Shown one piece after another: positions 1 to 9,040 of a stretch of 64,000 nucleotides of DNA. A program made the translations under genes and the position numbers. How positions within the stretch are numbered: the stretch's first letter is position 1; each line of letters opens with the position of its first letter. Source of the stretch: an uncultured Collinsella sp. (GTDB lineage: Bacteria; Actinomycetota; Coriobacteriia; Coriobacteriales; Coriobacteriaceae); assembly GCA_937995345.1 (NCBI GenBank), contig CALKKS010000006.1, positions 22,003 through 86,002 on the forward strand, in the 5' to 3' direction. Under the pieces are notes generated by a model, which saw only the letters and a list, made by a program, of their open reading frames with translations, ran no database searches and was not told the origin of the DNA.

Positions 1-427
1 CGGCCTGCTTGTAACGCTTGCCTTCTCTGATAACAACGATACCGATGAAGACGTTTACAGGGCCGTGCTTCGCGGCGACATCGGATTGAACGAAGGAATG
101 CTTACCGAAAACTACGTTGCCCAATCTCTAAAGGCCAATGGACACAGGCTCTTCTTTTATTTCCAAAGCGGAAAGAAGGAGGGGGAGGAGCGCATGGAAA
201 TCGACTTCCTCGTTACCCGACCCTATGTCAATGCCGCCGGAAAGCCGCGCATCAGCCCCATCGAAGTTAAGTCGCCACGCAGATACGGAACCATCTCCCT
301 CGACCGATTCCGCGCGCGCTTTAACAAGAAGATTGGGACGGCTTACGTGTTGCACCCTAAACAACTCGAGTGGGATGCCGAAGCGCAGCTGGCACATCTT
401 CCGTTGTATATGGCCTTTTGCTTGTAG
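1..427 (+). CDS. DUF4143-like C-terminal part of an AAA-ATPase-associated protein (5-prime end outside the window)
   Basis: The reading frame is open from the window edge to the stop at 427. The peptide ...GLNEGMLTENYVAQSL...MEIDFLV... resembles the DUF4143 region of ATPase-type proteins. This is recognition by eye only. Confidence 0.45.
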   Translation, partial: GLLVTLAFSDNNDTDEDVYRAVLRGDIGLNEGMLTENYVAQSLKANGHRLFFYFQSGKKEGEERMEIDFLVTRPYVNAAGKPRISPIEVKSPRRYGTISLDRFRARFNKKIGTAYVLHPKQLEWDAEAQLAHLPLYMAFCL

Positions 428-466
428 AGACCTCTCTGCGAATGGATGCCGTGAGAGACGCAGGTC

Positions 467-1327
467 TCACTCGCTTGCTTTTGCTTGGTCCCACAGGTCA
501 TTGAGTTGAGCGGTTGAGCAGACGGCGAGGTCATCGCCCGCCTCGCGCGCAGCAGCCTCCATCGCAGCCCAGCGACGGCGGAACTTGGCCGTGCTCGCGC
601 GCAGAGCGCTCTCGGCGTCGATCCCCTCCTTGCGCGCAACGTTAACCAGGGCAAAGAGCAGGTCGCCAAACTCCATCTCGCGCTCGGGCGAGCCGGGAGC
701 CTCGGCCTCAAACTCGGCACGCTCCTCGGCGACCTCGTCCCACACGTCCTGGACCGTCTCCCACTCAAAGCCCACGGCCGCTGCCTTGCGCGACACCTTC
801 TGCGCCTGCATCAGCGCCGGCAGATGCGTGGGCACGCCGTCGAGCAGGCCCTCGGGCGCAGCCTCGCCTGCCGCCACGGCCTTGTCCTTGGCGGCCTTCT
901 CGGCAAGTTTGACCTCGTCCCAGATCTTGAGCACTTCGTCGGAGCTCTCGGCATCCGCATCGCCAAACACGTGCGGATGACGGCGAATGAGCTTGGCGTC
1001 GATATCGCGTGCCACGTCGGCAAGCGTAAACTCGCCGGCGTCCGCCGCAATCTGTGCATGCAGCACTACCTGCATGAGCACGTCGCCCAGCTCCTCGCGC
1101 AGATGCGCCGCGTCGCCCGCCTCGATGCAATCGAGCGCCTCATAGGCCTCCTCGATCATGTTCTTGCCAATGCTGCGGTGCGTCTGCTCGCGGTCCCACG
1201 GGCAGCCATCGGGCTGACGCAGACGCCAGATGGTCTGCACCAGATGCTGCAGCTCGACCGACGCGTCGACCAGCGTGGACAAATCGCGCGAGCCCTCGGC
1301 ATTTTGCTGAGCCATATGCTGCGCCAT
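467..1327 (-). CDS. mazG: nucleoside triphosphate pyrophosphohydrolase MazG
   Basis: Contains CPWDREQTHRS..EEAYE and a second MazG-like repeat. The ATG at 1327 is preceded by AGGAGGAATAACC and sits directly after the stop of the upstream gene. The longer ORF-track start at 1435 would overlap the neighbouring gene. Confidence 0.85.
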   Translation of the reverse strand: MAQHMAQQNAEGSRDLSTLVDASVELQHLVQTIWRLRQPDGCPWDREQTHRSIGKNMIEEAYEALDCIEAGDAAHLREELGDVLMQVVLHAQIAADAGEFTLADVARDIDAKLIRRHPHVFGDADAESSDEVLKIWDEVKLAEKAAKDKAVAAGEAAPEGLLDGVPTHLPALMQAQKVSRKAAAVGFEWETVQDVWDEVAEERAEFEAEAPGSPEREMEFGDLLFALVNVARKEGIDAESALRASTAKFRRRWAAMEAAAREAGDDLAVCSTAQLNDLWDQAKASE

Positions 1328-1329
1328 GG

Positions 1330-1878
1330 TTATTCCTCCTCCAGGATCACGTGGCGGAACGCGCCGCCCTCGTAGATGCCATAGCTGTGCGTACCGTCCT
1401 TGGGAATACTCACACTGCCGGGATTGAAGAGCCACAGGCCCGGGTGCGCCTCGCCTGCCTCGTTAACCTTGATGTGCGTGTGGCCGTAGACGAGCGCGGA
1501 GCCCTCGGGCAGCGCGGGCACGTGGTCGACGCTGTTGTGCATACCGGCGCCAAAAACGTGGCCGTGTGTCAAGAACAGCTCGCGGCCGGCCTCGTCGAAC
1601 AACGTGGCGTAGTTGGCCATGACGGGAAAGTCGAGCACCATCTGGTCGACCTCGGCGTCGCAGTTGCCGCGCACCGCGATGATGCGGTCGGCCAGGGCGT
1701 TGAGCAGCGGAATCACGCGCTTGGGGGCGTAGTCGCGCGGCAGGTCGTTACGCGGGCCGTGGTAGAGCAGGTCGCCCAGCAGCACGATGCGGTCGGGCTG
1801 CTCGGATTCGATGGCAGCGCAGAGGCGCTCGGCCCAGTATGCCGAGCCATGGATGTCGGAGGCGATGAGGTATTTCAT
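1330..1878 (-). CDS. YfcE/MJ0936-family metallophosphoesterase
   Basis: 182 aa with DIHGS, GDLLYHGPRN, GNCD, THGH and GHTH, the motifs of calcineurin-like phosphoesterases. Confidence 0.8.
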   Translation of the reverse strand: MKYLIASDIHGSAYWAERLCAAIESEQPDRIVLLGDLLYHGPRNDLPRDYAPKRVIPLLNALADRIIAVRGNCDAEVDQMVLDFPVMANYATLFDEAGRELFLTHGHVFGAGMHNSVDHVPALPEGSALVYGHTHIKVNEAGEAHPGLWLFNPGSVSIPKDGTHSYGIYEGGAFRHVILEEE

Positions 1879-1953
1879 GGGGAGTCCTTTCGAAGCGGAG
1901 TTGATGGGGGGGCTGAATACGGGGTCCGGCGGATGTGGAGCCCATCTACCGTG

Positions 1954-2439
1954 TTACTCAAATCGCAGCGCCGCGCTCTGAGCCGCCTGCATCACGCGTT
2001 GGAGCGGCGCGCCATGCTCGCGGGCAAGGCGGGCGCAATCCTCGTATTCGGGAGCCGCGCGCTCGCTGCCGTCGGGCAGAGTCGCCACCTTAACGGATAC
2101 CTCGCCCCAAGGCGTCGTCACCTGCTCGAATCGGCGCGGCAGGCAAACGCGTTCCATCACCTGGCGACGAACGGCGTTGGTCGTGGTTTCCAAAAAGATA
2201 ATCGTCTGCAGGCGTTCGATATCCTCATGCGAGCAAATCACCTGCAACTGCCATCCGGGGCGGCCCTTTTTGCAGTAGAGGGGCAGCCAGTGCACCTCGC
2301 GGGCGCCGGCCTCGCGCAGGCGGTCGGCGGCGTAGGCGAGCACCTCGGGCGACGCGTCATCGATGTCGCACTCCAGCTTGACGATAGTTTCGGGCGCATC
2401 GGTCTCGCGGGACAGCGGAGATGTACTTCCACGTTGCAT
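1954..2439 (-). CDS. LarC (DUF111)-like C-terminal domain only; the N-terminal half is absent
   Basis: The peptide ECDIDDASPEVLAYAADRLREAGAREVHWLPLYCKKGRPGWQLQV matches the C-terminal half of the nickel-insertion protein LarC. The start was chosen at the internal ATG (MQRGS...). No LarC N-terminal part and no larA, larB or larE are nearby. Confidence 0.55.
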   Translation of the reverse strand: MQRGSTSPLSRETDAPETIVKLECDIDDASPEVLAYAADRLREAGAREVHWLPLYCKKGRPGWQLQVICSHEDIERLQTIIFLETTTNAVRRQVMERVCLPRRFEQVTTPWGEVSVKVATLPDGSERAAPEYEDCARLAREHGAPLQRVMQAAQSAALRFE

Positions 2440-2543
2440 ACGGTCCGAATCCTTTCCGCACGGGCTCGTTTTATTCACCCAAACGCTAGCACATCGGACG
2501 TGGCACAGGCGTGACTTTCGTCCGTCGCCGCCCTCACCCCTAT

Positions 2544-2613
2544 CCAAACGTGTACGTCAGCCTCCAAACATGTCATTTTTTGTCGGTTTTGGAGGCTGAC
2601 GTACACGTTTTGG
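2544..2613. repeat. palindromic intergenic element, family B, copy 1
   Basis: Perfect 23-bp stem (2546-2568 aaacgtgtacgtcagcctccaaa pairs with 2588-2610) around a 19-nt loop, catgtcattttttgtcggt. Nearly identical to 6841-6910. Confidence 0.9.
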
Positions 2614-2822
2614 AGCGAGGCCGCACACGATCAGAATTGCGCCCGCACTCCGTCCACCACAAAGTTCGCCGCACTCAACAATTTTGGACTTTCTACGCAG
2701 TTCATCGACCAAAAATTACCCTCGGCATACTTATCCGCTGCACGATGTTACTCTAGTTGCATTTGGCTAACTAAGCGGCTGCCGAGAACCCCGCCCGGCA
2801 CCGTTACGGCATAGGAGGTTTC

Positions 2823-5800
2823 ATGTTCGAGAAGCGGCTCTTCTCCCTGGTTCCGCAGGCAACGCCCTACATTGTGGCAAGCGTCCTGTTTAAGTGGATC
2901 GCGCTCATGGCAAACATCACCGTGATGTGGATGCTTGCGCACATCTTGGGCGGCATCGTCACGGACGGCCTTTCCGCCGCGCGCGCCGTCGATGCCCTCG
3001 CACAGGCGGCCTTGCCGCTCGCCGCTGCCATCATCGTGCGCGCCGCCTCCATCTACCTGGCCCAACGCGCCGGCGACAAGGCCGCGTTCGAGGCCGTCCG
3101 CCGCGTGCGCTCGCTCGTCTACGACAAGCTCGCCGCACTCGGCCCCTCCTACACCGAGACCGTCCCCACCGCCGAGGCCGTCCAGACCAGCGTCGAGGGC
3201 GCCACGCAACTCCAGGTGTACTTTGGCGGTTACCTGCCGCAGCTCTTCTTTGCCGGCTTGGCACCCATCACGCTGTTTGTACTGCTCGTGGGCCAGGCGG
3301 GTCTTCCCGCCGCGCTGCTGCTCGCCTGCGTTCCGGTCATCCCCGTCTCCATTATGATGGTCATGCGCAACGCCAAAAAGATCGGTGCCGAGTACTGGGG
3401 CAGCTATGTCGATCTTGGCGGCATGTTCCTGGAGGCCGTGCAGGGTCTCACCACCCTTAAGGTCTACCAGGCCGATCGCAGCTGGCACGAGCGCATCAAC
3501 GTCGAGTCCGAGCGTTTCCGCACAGCGACCATGCGCCTGCTGGTGATGCAGCTGCGCTCCATTTGCGTTATGGACCTGGTCGTCTATATGGGCGCCGCGC
3601 TCGGCATTATCGTAGCCGCGCTGCAGCTCGCCACGGGCAAGATTGGCTTTGAGGCTGCCTTCCTCATCGTCTTTCTGTCGCAGGAGTTCTTTTTGCCTAT
3701 GCGCCGCCTGGGATCGCTGTTCCACACGGCCATGAACGGCATGGCCGCCTCGCGCCGCATGTTTGGCATTTTGGATACGCCCGAGCCCGAGCACGGCGAT
3801 GTTGAGCTTGACGGTCGCGGCAATATCGAGCTCGCGGGCGTGAGCTATGCATACGGCGACCGCACGGTGCTGGACAGCGCCAGCGCGACCATTGCGCACG
3901 GCTCGCTCGTGGCACTCGTGGGCGAAAGCGGCGGCGGCAAGTCCACGCTCGCGGGGATTATCTCGGGCCGCAAGGGTGCCTACCGCGGCAGCGTGCGCAT
4001 TGGCGGCGTTGAACTGCGCGATGCCACGGCCACCTCACTCATGCGCGCCGTCACGCTGGTGCCCACCAACGGCTACCTGTTTGCCGGCACCCTGCGCGAC
4101 AACCTGCTGCTCGCCCAGCCCAACGCCACCGACGCCGAGCTTTTGCGCGCGCTCGGCCGCACGCGCGTGGCGGCCTTTGTGCAGGCCAACGGCGGGCTCG
4201 ACATGGTGATTAACGAGGGCGGCACCAACCTTTCGGGTGGCCAGCGCCAGCGCGTGTGCATGGCACGCGCCCTGCTGCACGACTCGCCGATCTATGTGTT
4301 TGACGAGGCTACGAGCAACGTCGATGCCGCAAGCGAGGCCGCGATCGGCGAGGTCATCGCGTCGCTTGCCGGCGGGCACACTGTAATTGTGGTGGCACAC
4401 CGCCTGTCGACGATCGTGGACGCCGATCAGATCCTGGTGCTGGAACGCGGCCGCATTGCCGAGCGCGGCACCCATGATGAGCTCCTGTCGGGCGCGGGCG
4501 CCTATGCGCGCATGTGGAGCAGCCAGGAGCAGCTCTCGGCATATACGTATGCGGAGGGTGATGCCGAGGATGCCGGCGCGGTTGAGGCTGTTGACAGCAG
4601 CGCTGCCTGTACCGATGGCCTCAACGGTGCCGGCTCGTCTTCCGCTACCGCGGCGCCTGACTCCGGCCGCGCCCGTCACTCGGCGCCGTCCATCATGTGG
4701 CGCATGATGGGGCTCGTCCGACCGCTTGCCGGCTGGCTTGTGCTAGCCGTCGCGCTGGGCAGCATTGGCATGCTCACCGCCGCGTTCGTGCCGGCCTTTG
4801 GCGCCCTCGGCCTTATGGCCGCGCTGGGCCGCAACGCCTTGGGGCTTGGTCTGATCGCAGCATGCGCGGCCTGTGCCGCCTGCGGCATCGCACGCGGGCC
4901 GCTCCACTACGGCGAGCAGCTCTGCAACCATTACATCGCATTCCGTCTGCTCGCGCACATTCGCGACCTGGTGTTTGGCGCCCTGCGCCAGCTCGCCCCC
5001 GCCAAGCTCGAGGGCCGCGGCAAGGGCGAGCTCGTGAGCCTGGTCACCTCGGATATCGAGCTGCTCGAGGTCTTCTACGCGCACACCATCTCGCCCATTG
5101 CCATAGCTCTGGTCTGCACCGTTGTGTTTGAGGGCTTTTTGCTGGCTGTGAACCCCGAGCTCGCGGGCATCGCACTCGTGGCCTACGCGGTCCTGGGCGT
5201 GCTGCTGCCCCTGACCTCGGCCAAGGCATGCGGCACCACCGGCCGCCAGAGCCGCGAGGGCGCCGGTAAGCTGGGTGCCTTTGTGCTCGACAGTCTGCGC
5301 GGCGCATCCGAGACTATCCAGTTTGCCGGTGGCGCCGATCGCAGCCGTGCCCTGGGCAAGCTGACCGAGCAAGTCGGCGCCGTGGACGCGCGCCTCAAGC
5401 GCCGCCAAGCGGCCAGCGAGGCCGTAGCCGATGCGCTTATTCTTGCGGCCAATCTGGTGATGCTCGGACGTGCGCTGCAGCTGGTGGCTGCGGGAACGAT
5501 TAACTTTGCCGCAGCGTTTGTCGCCGTCTTTACCTTTGTGTCGTCGTTTGGCTCGGTGATGGCTGTGAGCCGCCTGGGCGCCTCACTGCAGGAGACGCTC
5601 GCCTCGGGCGCACGCGTACTCGATTTGCTCGACGAGCAACCCCAGTGCGCCGAGGTCGCCGACGGACAGGACGTTGAGTTTGCCGGCGCCGCAGCCGAGC
5701 ATGTGAGCTTTAGCTATGCGGGCGGCGCGAGTGCCGGCGACGCAGGACAGGCAGCGGACGAGACGGCTGCGAGCCTCATCCTCGACGGCGTGACCTGCAC

Positions 5801-6380
5801 CTTTGCGCCCGGTACCATGACCTGTATCATGGGACGCTCGGGTTCGGGCAAGTCGACGCTGCTCAAGCTGCTCATGCGCTTTTGGGACCCTACCGCCGGC
5901 ACTATCACGGTGAGTGACGTCGATGCCCGTCGCATCAACACGGCGAGCTTGCGCGGCCACGAGGCCTATATGACCCAGGACACGCACCTGTTCTGCGGCA
6001 CCGTACGCGAGAACCTACTCGTCGCGCGTGCCGGCGCCACCGATGCCGAGCTGCTCGACGCTTGCCGCTCCGCCTCACTCACCACGCTCATCGACCGTCT
6101 GCCGCAGGGACTCGACACGCCCGTTGCCGAGCTGGGCGACTCGCTTTCTGGCGGCGAGCGCCAGCGCATCGGCCTTGCGCGCATCTTCCTCAACGACGCA
6201 CCCTTCATCTTGCTCGACGAACCCACCAGCGCGCTCGATGCCCTCAACGAGGCGTCCGTGATGCAGGCGATCGACGAGCTCAAGCGCCGCGGCAAGACCA
6301 TTGTGCTCGTAAGCCACCGTGCCAGCACCTGCGCGTTTGCCGATTTCTCGCTTTCGGTCGAACACGGGAGGCTGAGCTAA
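2823..6380 (+). CDS. fused two-half ABC exporter (TMD-NBD-TMD-NBD), CydD/CydC-like
   Basis: 1185 aa with two Walker A motifs (GESGGGKST, GRSGSGKST) and two ABC signatures (LSGGQRQR, LSGGERQR), each preceded by a 6-TM-like hydrophobic block. The N-terminus resembles CydD. Confidence 0.8.
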   Translation: MFEKRLFSLVPQATPYIVASVLFKWIALMANITVMWMLAHILGGIVTDGLSAARAVDALAQAALPLAAAIIVRAASIYLAQRAGDKAAFEAVRRVRSLVYDKLAALGPSYTETVPTAEAVQTSVEGATQLQVYFGGYLPQLFFAGLAPITLFVLLVGQAGLPAALLLACVPVIPVSIMMVMRNAKKIGAEYWGSYVDLGGMFLEAVQGLTTLKVYQADRSWHERINVESERFRTATMRLLVMQLRSICVMDLVVYMGAALGIIVAALQLATGKIGFEAAFLIVFLSQEFFLPMRRLGSLFHTAMNGMAASRRMFGILDTPEPEHGDVELDGRGNIELAGVSYAYGDRTVLDSASATIAHGSLVALVGESGGGKSTLAGIISGRKGAYRGSVRIGGVELRDATATSLMRAVTLVPTNGYLFAGTLRDNLLLAQPNATDAELLRALGRTRVAAFVQANGGLDMVINEGGTNLSGGQRQRVCMARALLHDSPIYVFDEATSNVDAASEAAIGEVIASLAGGHTVIVVAHRLSTIVDADQILVLERGRIAERGTHDELLSGAGAYARMWSSQEQLSAYTYAEGDAEDAGAVEAVDSSAACTDGLNGAGSSSATAAPDSGRARHSAPSIMWRMMGLVRPLAGWLVLAVALGSIGMLTAAFVPAFGALGLMAALGRNALGLGLIAACAACAACGIARGPLHYGEQLCNHYIAFRLLAHIRDLVFGALRQLAPAKLEGRGKGELVSLVTSDIELLEVFYAHTISPIAIALVCTVVFEGFLLAVNPELAGIALVAYAVLGVLLPLTSAKACGTTGRQSREGAGKLGAFVLDSLRGASETIQFAGGADRSRALGKLTEQVGAVDARLKRRQAASEAVADALILAANLVMLGRALQLVAAGTINFAAAFVAVFTFVSSFGSVMAVSRLGASLQETLASGARVLDLLDEQPQCAEVADGQDVEFAGAAAEHVSFSYAGGASAGDAGQAADETAASLILDGVTCTFAPGTMTCIMGRSGSGKSTLLKLLMRFWDPTAGTITVSDVDARRINTASLRGHEAYMTQDTHLFCGTVRENLLVARAGATDAELLDACRSASLTTLIDRLPQGLDTPVAELGDSLSGGERQRIGLARIFLNDAPFILLDEPTSALDALNEASVMQAIDELKRRGKTIVLVSHRASTCAFADFSLSVEHGRLS

Positions 6381-6802
6381 TGGCGCGCCCGGCCGACACG
6401 CCGGAGCTGGCGGACAAGCGTGCGCGCGAGGCCCAGATGGTGTCGCAGATGATCGCGCTGTGGTGCCGCGGGCATCATGGCGGCGGGCGTGCGGGCAAGC
6501 AGGCTGCCGGCGGCGATGTGCCCGCGCGCGTGAAGCTTGGATTCCGGACCATCACCCTCTGCCCCGAATGCGCCGAGCTACGAGAATACGCCGTCGCGCG
6601 CATCGAACACTGCCCGCATATGGGCACCAAGACGTTTTGCTCTGCCTGTCCCTCGCATTGCTATCGCCCTGCTATGCGCGAGAAGATCCGCGAGGTCATG
6701 CGCTGGTCGGGCCCGCGCATGATCCGCTATCGCCCCATCACCGCCATACGCCACGCAATGGTGACCGTGCAATCCAAACGGGCGGCGAAGCGGAGCAAGT
6801 AG
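6380..6802 (+). CDS. Cys-rich YgbA-like (nitrous-oxide-stimulated promoter family) protein
   Basis: The ATG at 6380 overlaps the exporter stop (TAATG). The motif CPECAEL..HCPHMGTKTFCSACPSHCYRP is typical of the YgbA_NO family. Confidence 0.6.
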   Translation: MARPADTPELADKRAREAQMVSQMIALWCRGHHGGGRAGKQAAGGDVPARVKLGFRTITLCPECAELREYAVARIEHCPHMGTKTFCSACPSHCYRPAMREKIREVMRWSGPRMIRYRPITAIRHAMVTVQSKRAAKRSK

Positions 6803-6840
6803 CACTGGAGCCGGCGCGCCACTCCGCCCCCGCCTTCGCC

Positions 6841-6910
6841 TCAAACGTGTACGTCAGCCTCCAAACATGTCATTTTTTGTCGGTTTTGGAGGCTGACGTA
6901 CATGTTTTGA
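6841..6910. repeat. palindromic intergenic element, family B, copy 2
   Basis: Same hairpin as 2544-2613, with stem 6843-6865 pairing with 6885-6907. It has one substitution, which is a G-T pair on the plus strand. It lies 40 nt after the ygbA-like stop. Confidence 0.9.
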
Positions 6911-7037
6911 GAGCGCAAGCGAGGCGCCACCGCACACCGTCCGCCCTTTCCGCTCGATTTTGACTCGCAGCGTACCCGACGCGTTAGACGCCGCGCCGTT
7001 ACAATGGAGCGGATTCACCAAATGCAAAGGAGTCGCC

Positions 7038-7949
7038 ATGCCCGCCTGCCCGCTGGTCGATTGCCATACTCATACCTCGTTCTCGGACGGGCACGCCTCG
7101 TTTGAGGAGAACGTCCGCGCCGCTGCCGCCGCCGGATGTCAGGTCATGGTCTCGACCGACCACCTCACCTTGCCCGCCAGCATGGACGCCAACTGCGAGG
7201 TGCAGGTTGTCGAGAGCGACTTGCCGGCGCATCGCCTGGCATTTGAGGACGCCCAAAAGCTCGCCGCACAAATCGCGCCGGAGCTCACCTTTATCTACGG
7301 TTTTGAATGCGATTGGTACGAAGGCTGCGAGCCCCTGGTAGAGCGCTGGTCAGCAGGCGCCACGGTGCGCCTGGGTAGCGTGCATTGGATCGGCGACCCC
7401 GGCGAAATCATGGCCGGTGCCGCGGGCACGGCGGGAACGGAGAACGTCGCTCGCCCCGACACGCCTGATTCGCTTTGCGGTTGGATCGACGACGACACTA
7501 ACCTGCACGTTTGGGAAAACCTGGGCGTGCGCGGCGTGTGGGAGCGCTACGTCGACGACTGGTGCCGTGCTTGCGAAAGCTCACTCAACTTTGACGTGAT
7601 GGCCCATCCCGACCTGGTCATGCGTTTTTCGAAGGACGGCTTTGCACCCGACTTTGACCCCGCGCCGTTCTGGGGGCAGATGGCCGAATGCGCCCACGAT
7701 ACGGGTCGCCGCGTTGAAGTCTCGACCGCCGCACCGCGCAAGGGCCTCGACGACTACTATCCCGCGACTGGGCTGTTGCGCTGCTTCGCTCACGCCGAGG
7801 TGCCGATCACCTTTGGCTCGGACGCGCACCGCGCCTGCGATATCTGCTGGAGCATCCGCGAAGCCCAAGCCCACGCCTACGACTGCGGCTACCGAACCTT
7901 CGACATCCCCCACCCCACCGGCGAATGGGAACCCACGCCCCTCGCCTAG
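7038..7949 (+). CDS. hisK: PHP-family histidinol phosphatase (HisJ/HisK type)
   Basis: MPACPLVDCHTHTSFSDGH...STDHL carries PHP-domain metal-ligand motifs. The ATG at 7038 follows AAAGGAG. The gene is convergent with the his operon. Confidence 0.65.
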   Translation: MPACPLVDCHTHTSFSDGHASFEENVRAAAAAGCQVMVSTDHLTLPASMDANCEVQVVESDLPAHRLAFEDAQKLAAQIAPELTFIYGFECDWYEGCEPLVERWSAGATVRLGSVHWIGDPGEIMAGAAGTAGTENVARPDTPDSLCGWIDDDTNLHVWENLGVRGVWERYVDDWCRACESSLNFDVMAHPDLVMRFSKDGFAPDFDPAPFWGQMAECAHDTGRRVEVSTAAPRKGLDDYYPATGLLRCFAHAEVPITFGSDAHRACDICWSIREAQAHAYDCGYRTFDIPHPTGEWEPTPLA

Positions 7950-7963
7950 CCATCCCTTCATGA

Positions 7964-8028
7964 GTTGCGGTGAAATAGTTCCTGTTTATGGCCCTAAGAC
8001 CGTCAAACAAGAACTATTCCACCGCAAC
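7964..8028. terminator. long hairpin between the convergent hisK and hisE genes
   Basis: 18-bp arms (7964-7981 gttgcggtgaaatagttc and 8011-8028) with 1 mismatch and a 29-nt loop. There is no clear U-tract. Confidence 0.4.
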
Positions 8029-8096
8029 TTCTATTTCATTGGCAACTCCCGAAAGACTGTCCCTAACGACTAGTCGTTTAAGAACGTCCCCAATGA

Positions 8097-8414
8097 CTAG
8101 TGGCGGCGGGCGTTGAGTTCGCCGGCCAGTTCGTCGAGGGTGATGCCGTAGCGCTCAAGCGTTACGAGCAAGTGGTAGATCAGGTCGCCGGCTTCGTAGC
8201 GAATGTGGTCGTGATCGTTATCCTTGCAGGCCATGATGACCTCGCTCGCCTCCTCGGCAAGCTTCTTGAGCAGCTCGTCCTCAACGTCGGTCAACAGACG
8301 AGCGGTGTAGCTTTCCTGCGGCGATGCATCGCGACGGCTGTGAATCACCTCGGCCAGCCCCGTCAGCGTCTCACCGATATTTCCCGGCTGCACGTTAGCT
8401 GTTCTGACTCCCAT
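8097..8414 (-). CDS. hisE: phosphoribosyl-ATP pyrophosphatase
   Basis: 105 aa with SYTARLL...KLAEEASEV...EAGDLIYHLLV, which are typical HisE motifs. The RBS is GAGAGGA. Confidence 0.9.
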   Translation of the reverse strand: MGVRTANVQPGNIGETLTGLAEVIHSRRDASPQESYTARLLTDVEDELLKKLAEEASEVIMACKDNDHDHIRYEAGDLIYHLLVTLERYGITLDELAGELNARRH

Positions 8415-8429
8415 GGTTATTTCCTCTCG

Positions 8430-8657
8430 TTACTGCAGCGTAAAGTAGGTACCGGTCTCATCGAACCGAGGCTTTGCGCCCTTTTTCTCAAAGAACTCAA
8501 TGATGACGGCATGGGCCTCATCGAGCCTTTCCTTCTCGGCCTCGAGCCAAAACGACTGCGCCCCGCAGGCATCGGTCAGGTGCACGCGGCATGGCACGCC
8601 CGCGCGGAGGAGCTCGGCGTTGCAGTCGGCAACTTCGAACGGCGTCACGACCTTCAT
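8430..8657 (-). CDS. hypothetical 75-aa protein embedded in the his operon
   Basis: The ATG overlaps the hisI stop (ATGA). Its own stop lies inside the hisE RBS region. I recognise no domain. It has three Cys residues and an acidic helical C-terminal half. Confidence 0.55.
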   Translation of the reverse strand: MKVVTPFEVADCNAELLRAGVPCRVHLTDACGAQSFWLEAEKERLDEAHAVIIEFFEKKGAKPRFDETGTYFTLQ

Positions 8658-8998
8658 CGCGTTCCCCCTTCCACGCGCTTAAAGAAGCAGGTACGGTTGC
8701 CGGTATGGCAGGCCGGGCCCGGAGAGTCGACCTTGACCAACAGCGTATCGCTATCGCAGTCGGCCCAGAGTTCCTTGACCTCCTGCATGTTGCCGCTCGT
8801 CGCGCCCTTATTCCAGAGCTCCTGGCGGCTGCGGCTCCAAAACCACGTGGTGCCGGTCTTGAGCGTAAGCCCCACCGATTCCTCGTTCATCCAAGCAACC
8901 ATAAGCACCTCGCCGGTGTCATACTGCTGAACCACACAAGGAATCAGCCCGCGGGCGTCGTATTTAAGATCAGCCGCTTCTACTACCTCAGTCATCAT
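8654..8998 (-). CDS. hisI: phosphoribosyl-AMP cyclohydrolase
   Basis: Contains LIPCVVQ...VLMVAWMN...[14 protein letters not shown]...DCDSDTLL..V...GPACHTG..SCFF. The start is ambiguous among TTG 9007, ATG 8998 and ATG 8995. Confidence 0.88.
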   Translation of the reverse strand: MMTEVVEAADLKYDARGLIPCVVQQYDTGEVLMVAWMNEESVGLTLKTGTTWFWSRSRQELWNKGATSGNMQEVKELWADCDSDTLLVKVDSPGPACHTGNRTCFFKRVEGGTR

Positions 8999-9040
8999 TT
9001 CTCCCAAGTTATTACCGTAAACCCCACAGGTCGGCGAGGG

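Noticed and set aside
2511-6963. ORFs 2511-2756 and 6460-6963, which share the peptide PNVYVSLQTCHFLSVLEADVHVL.
   Set aside because: The shared peptide is just the translation of the family B palindrome. Outside the repeat the frames are unrelated.
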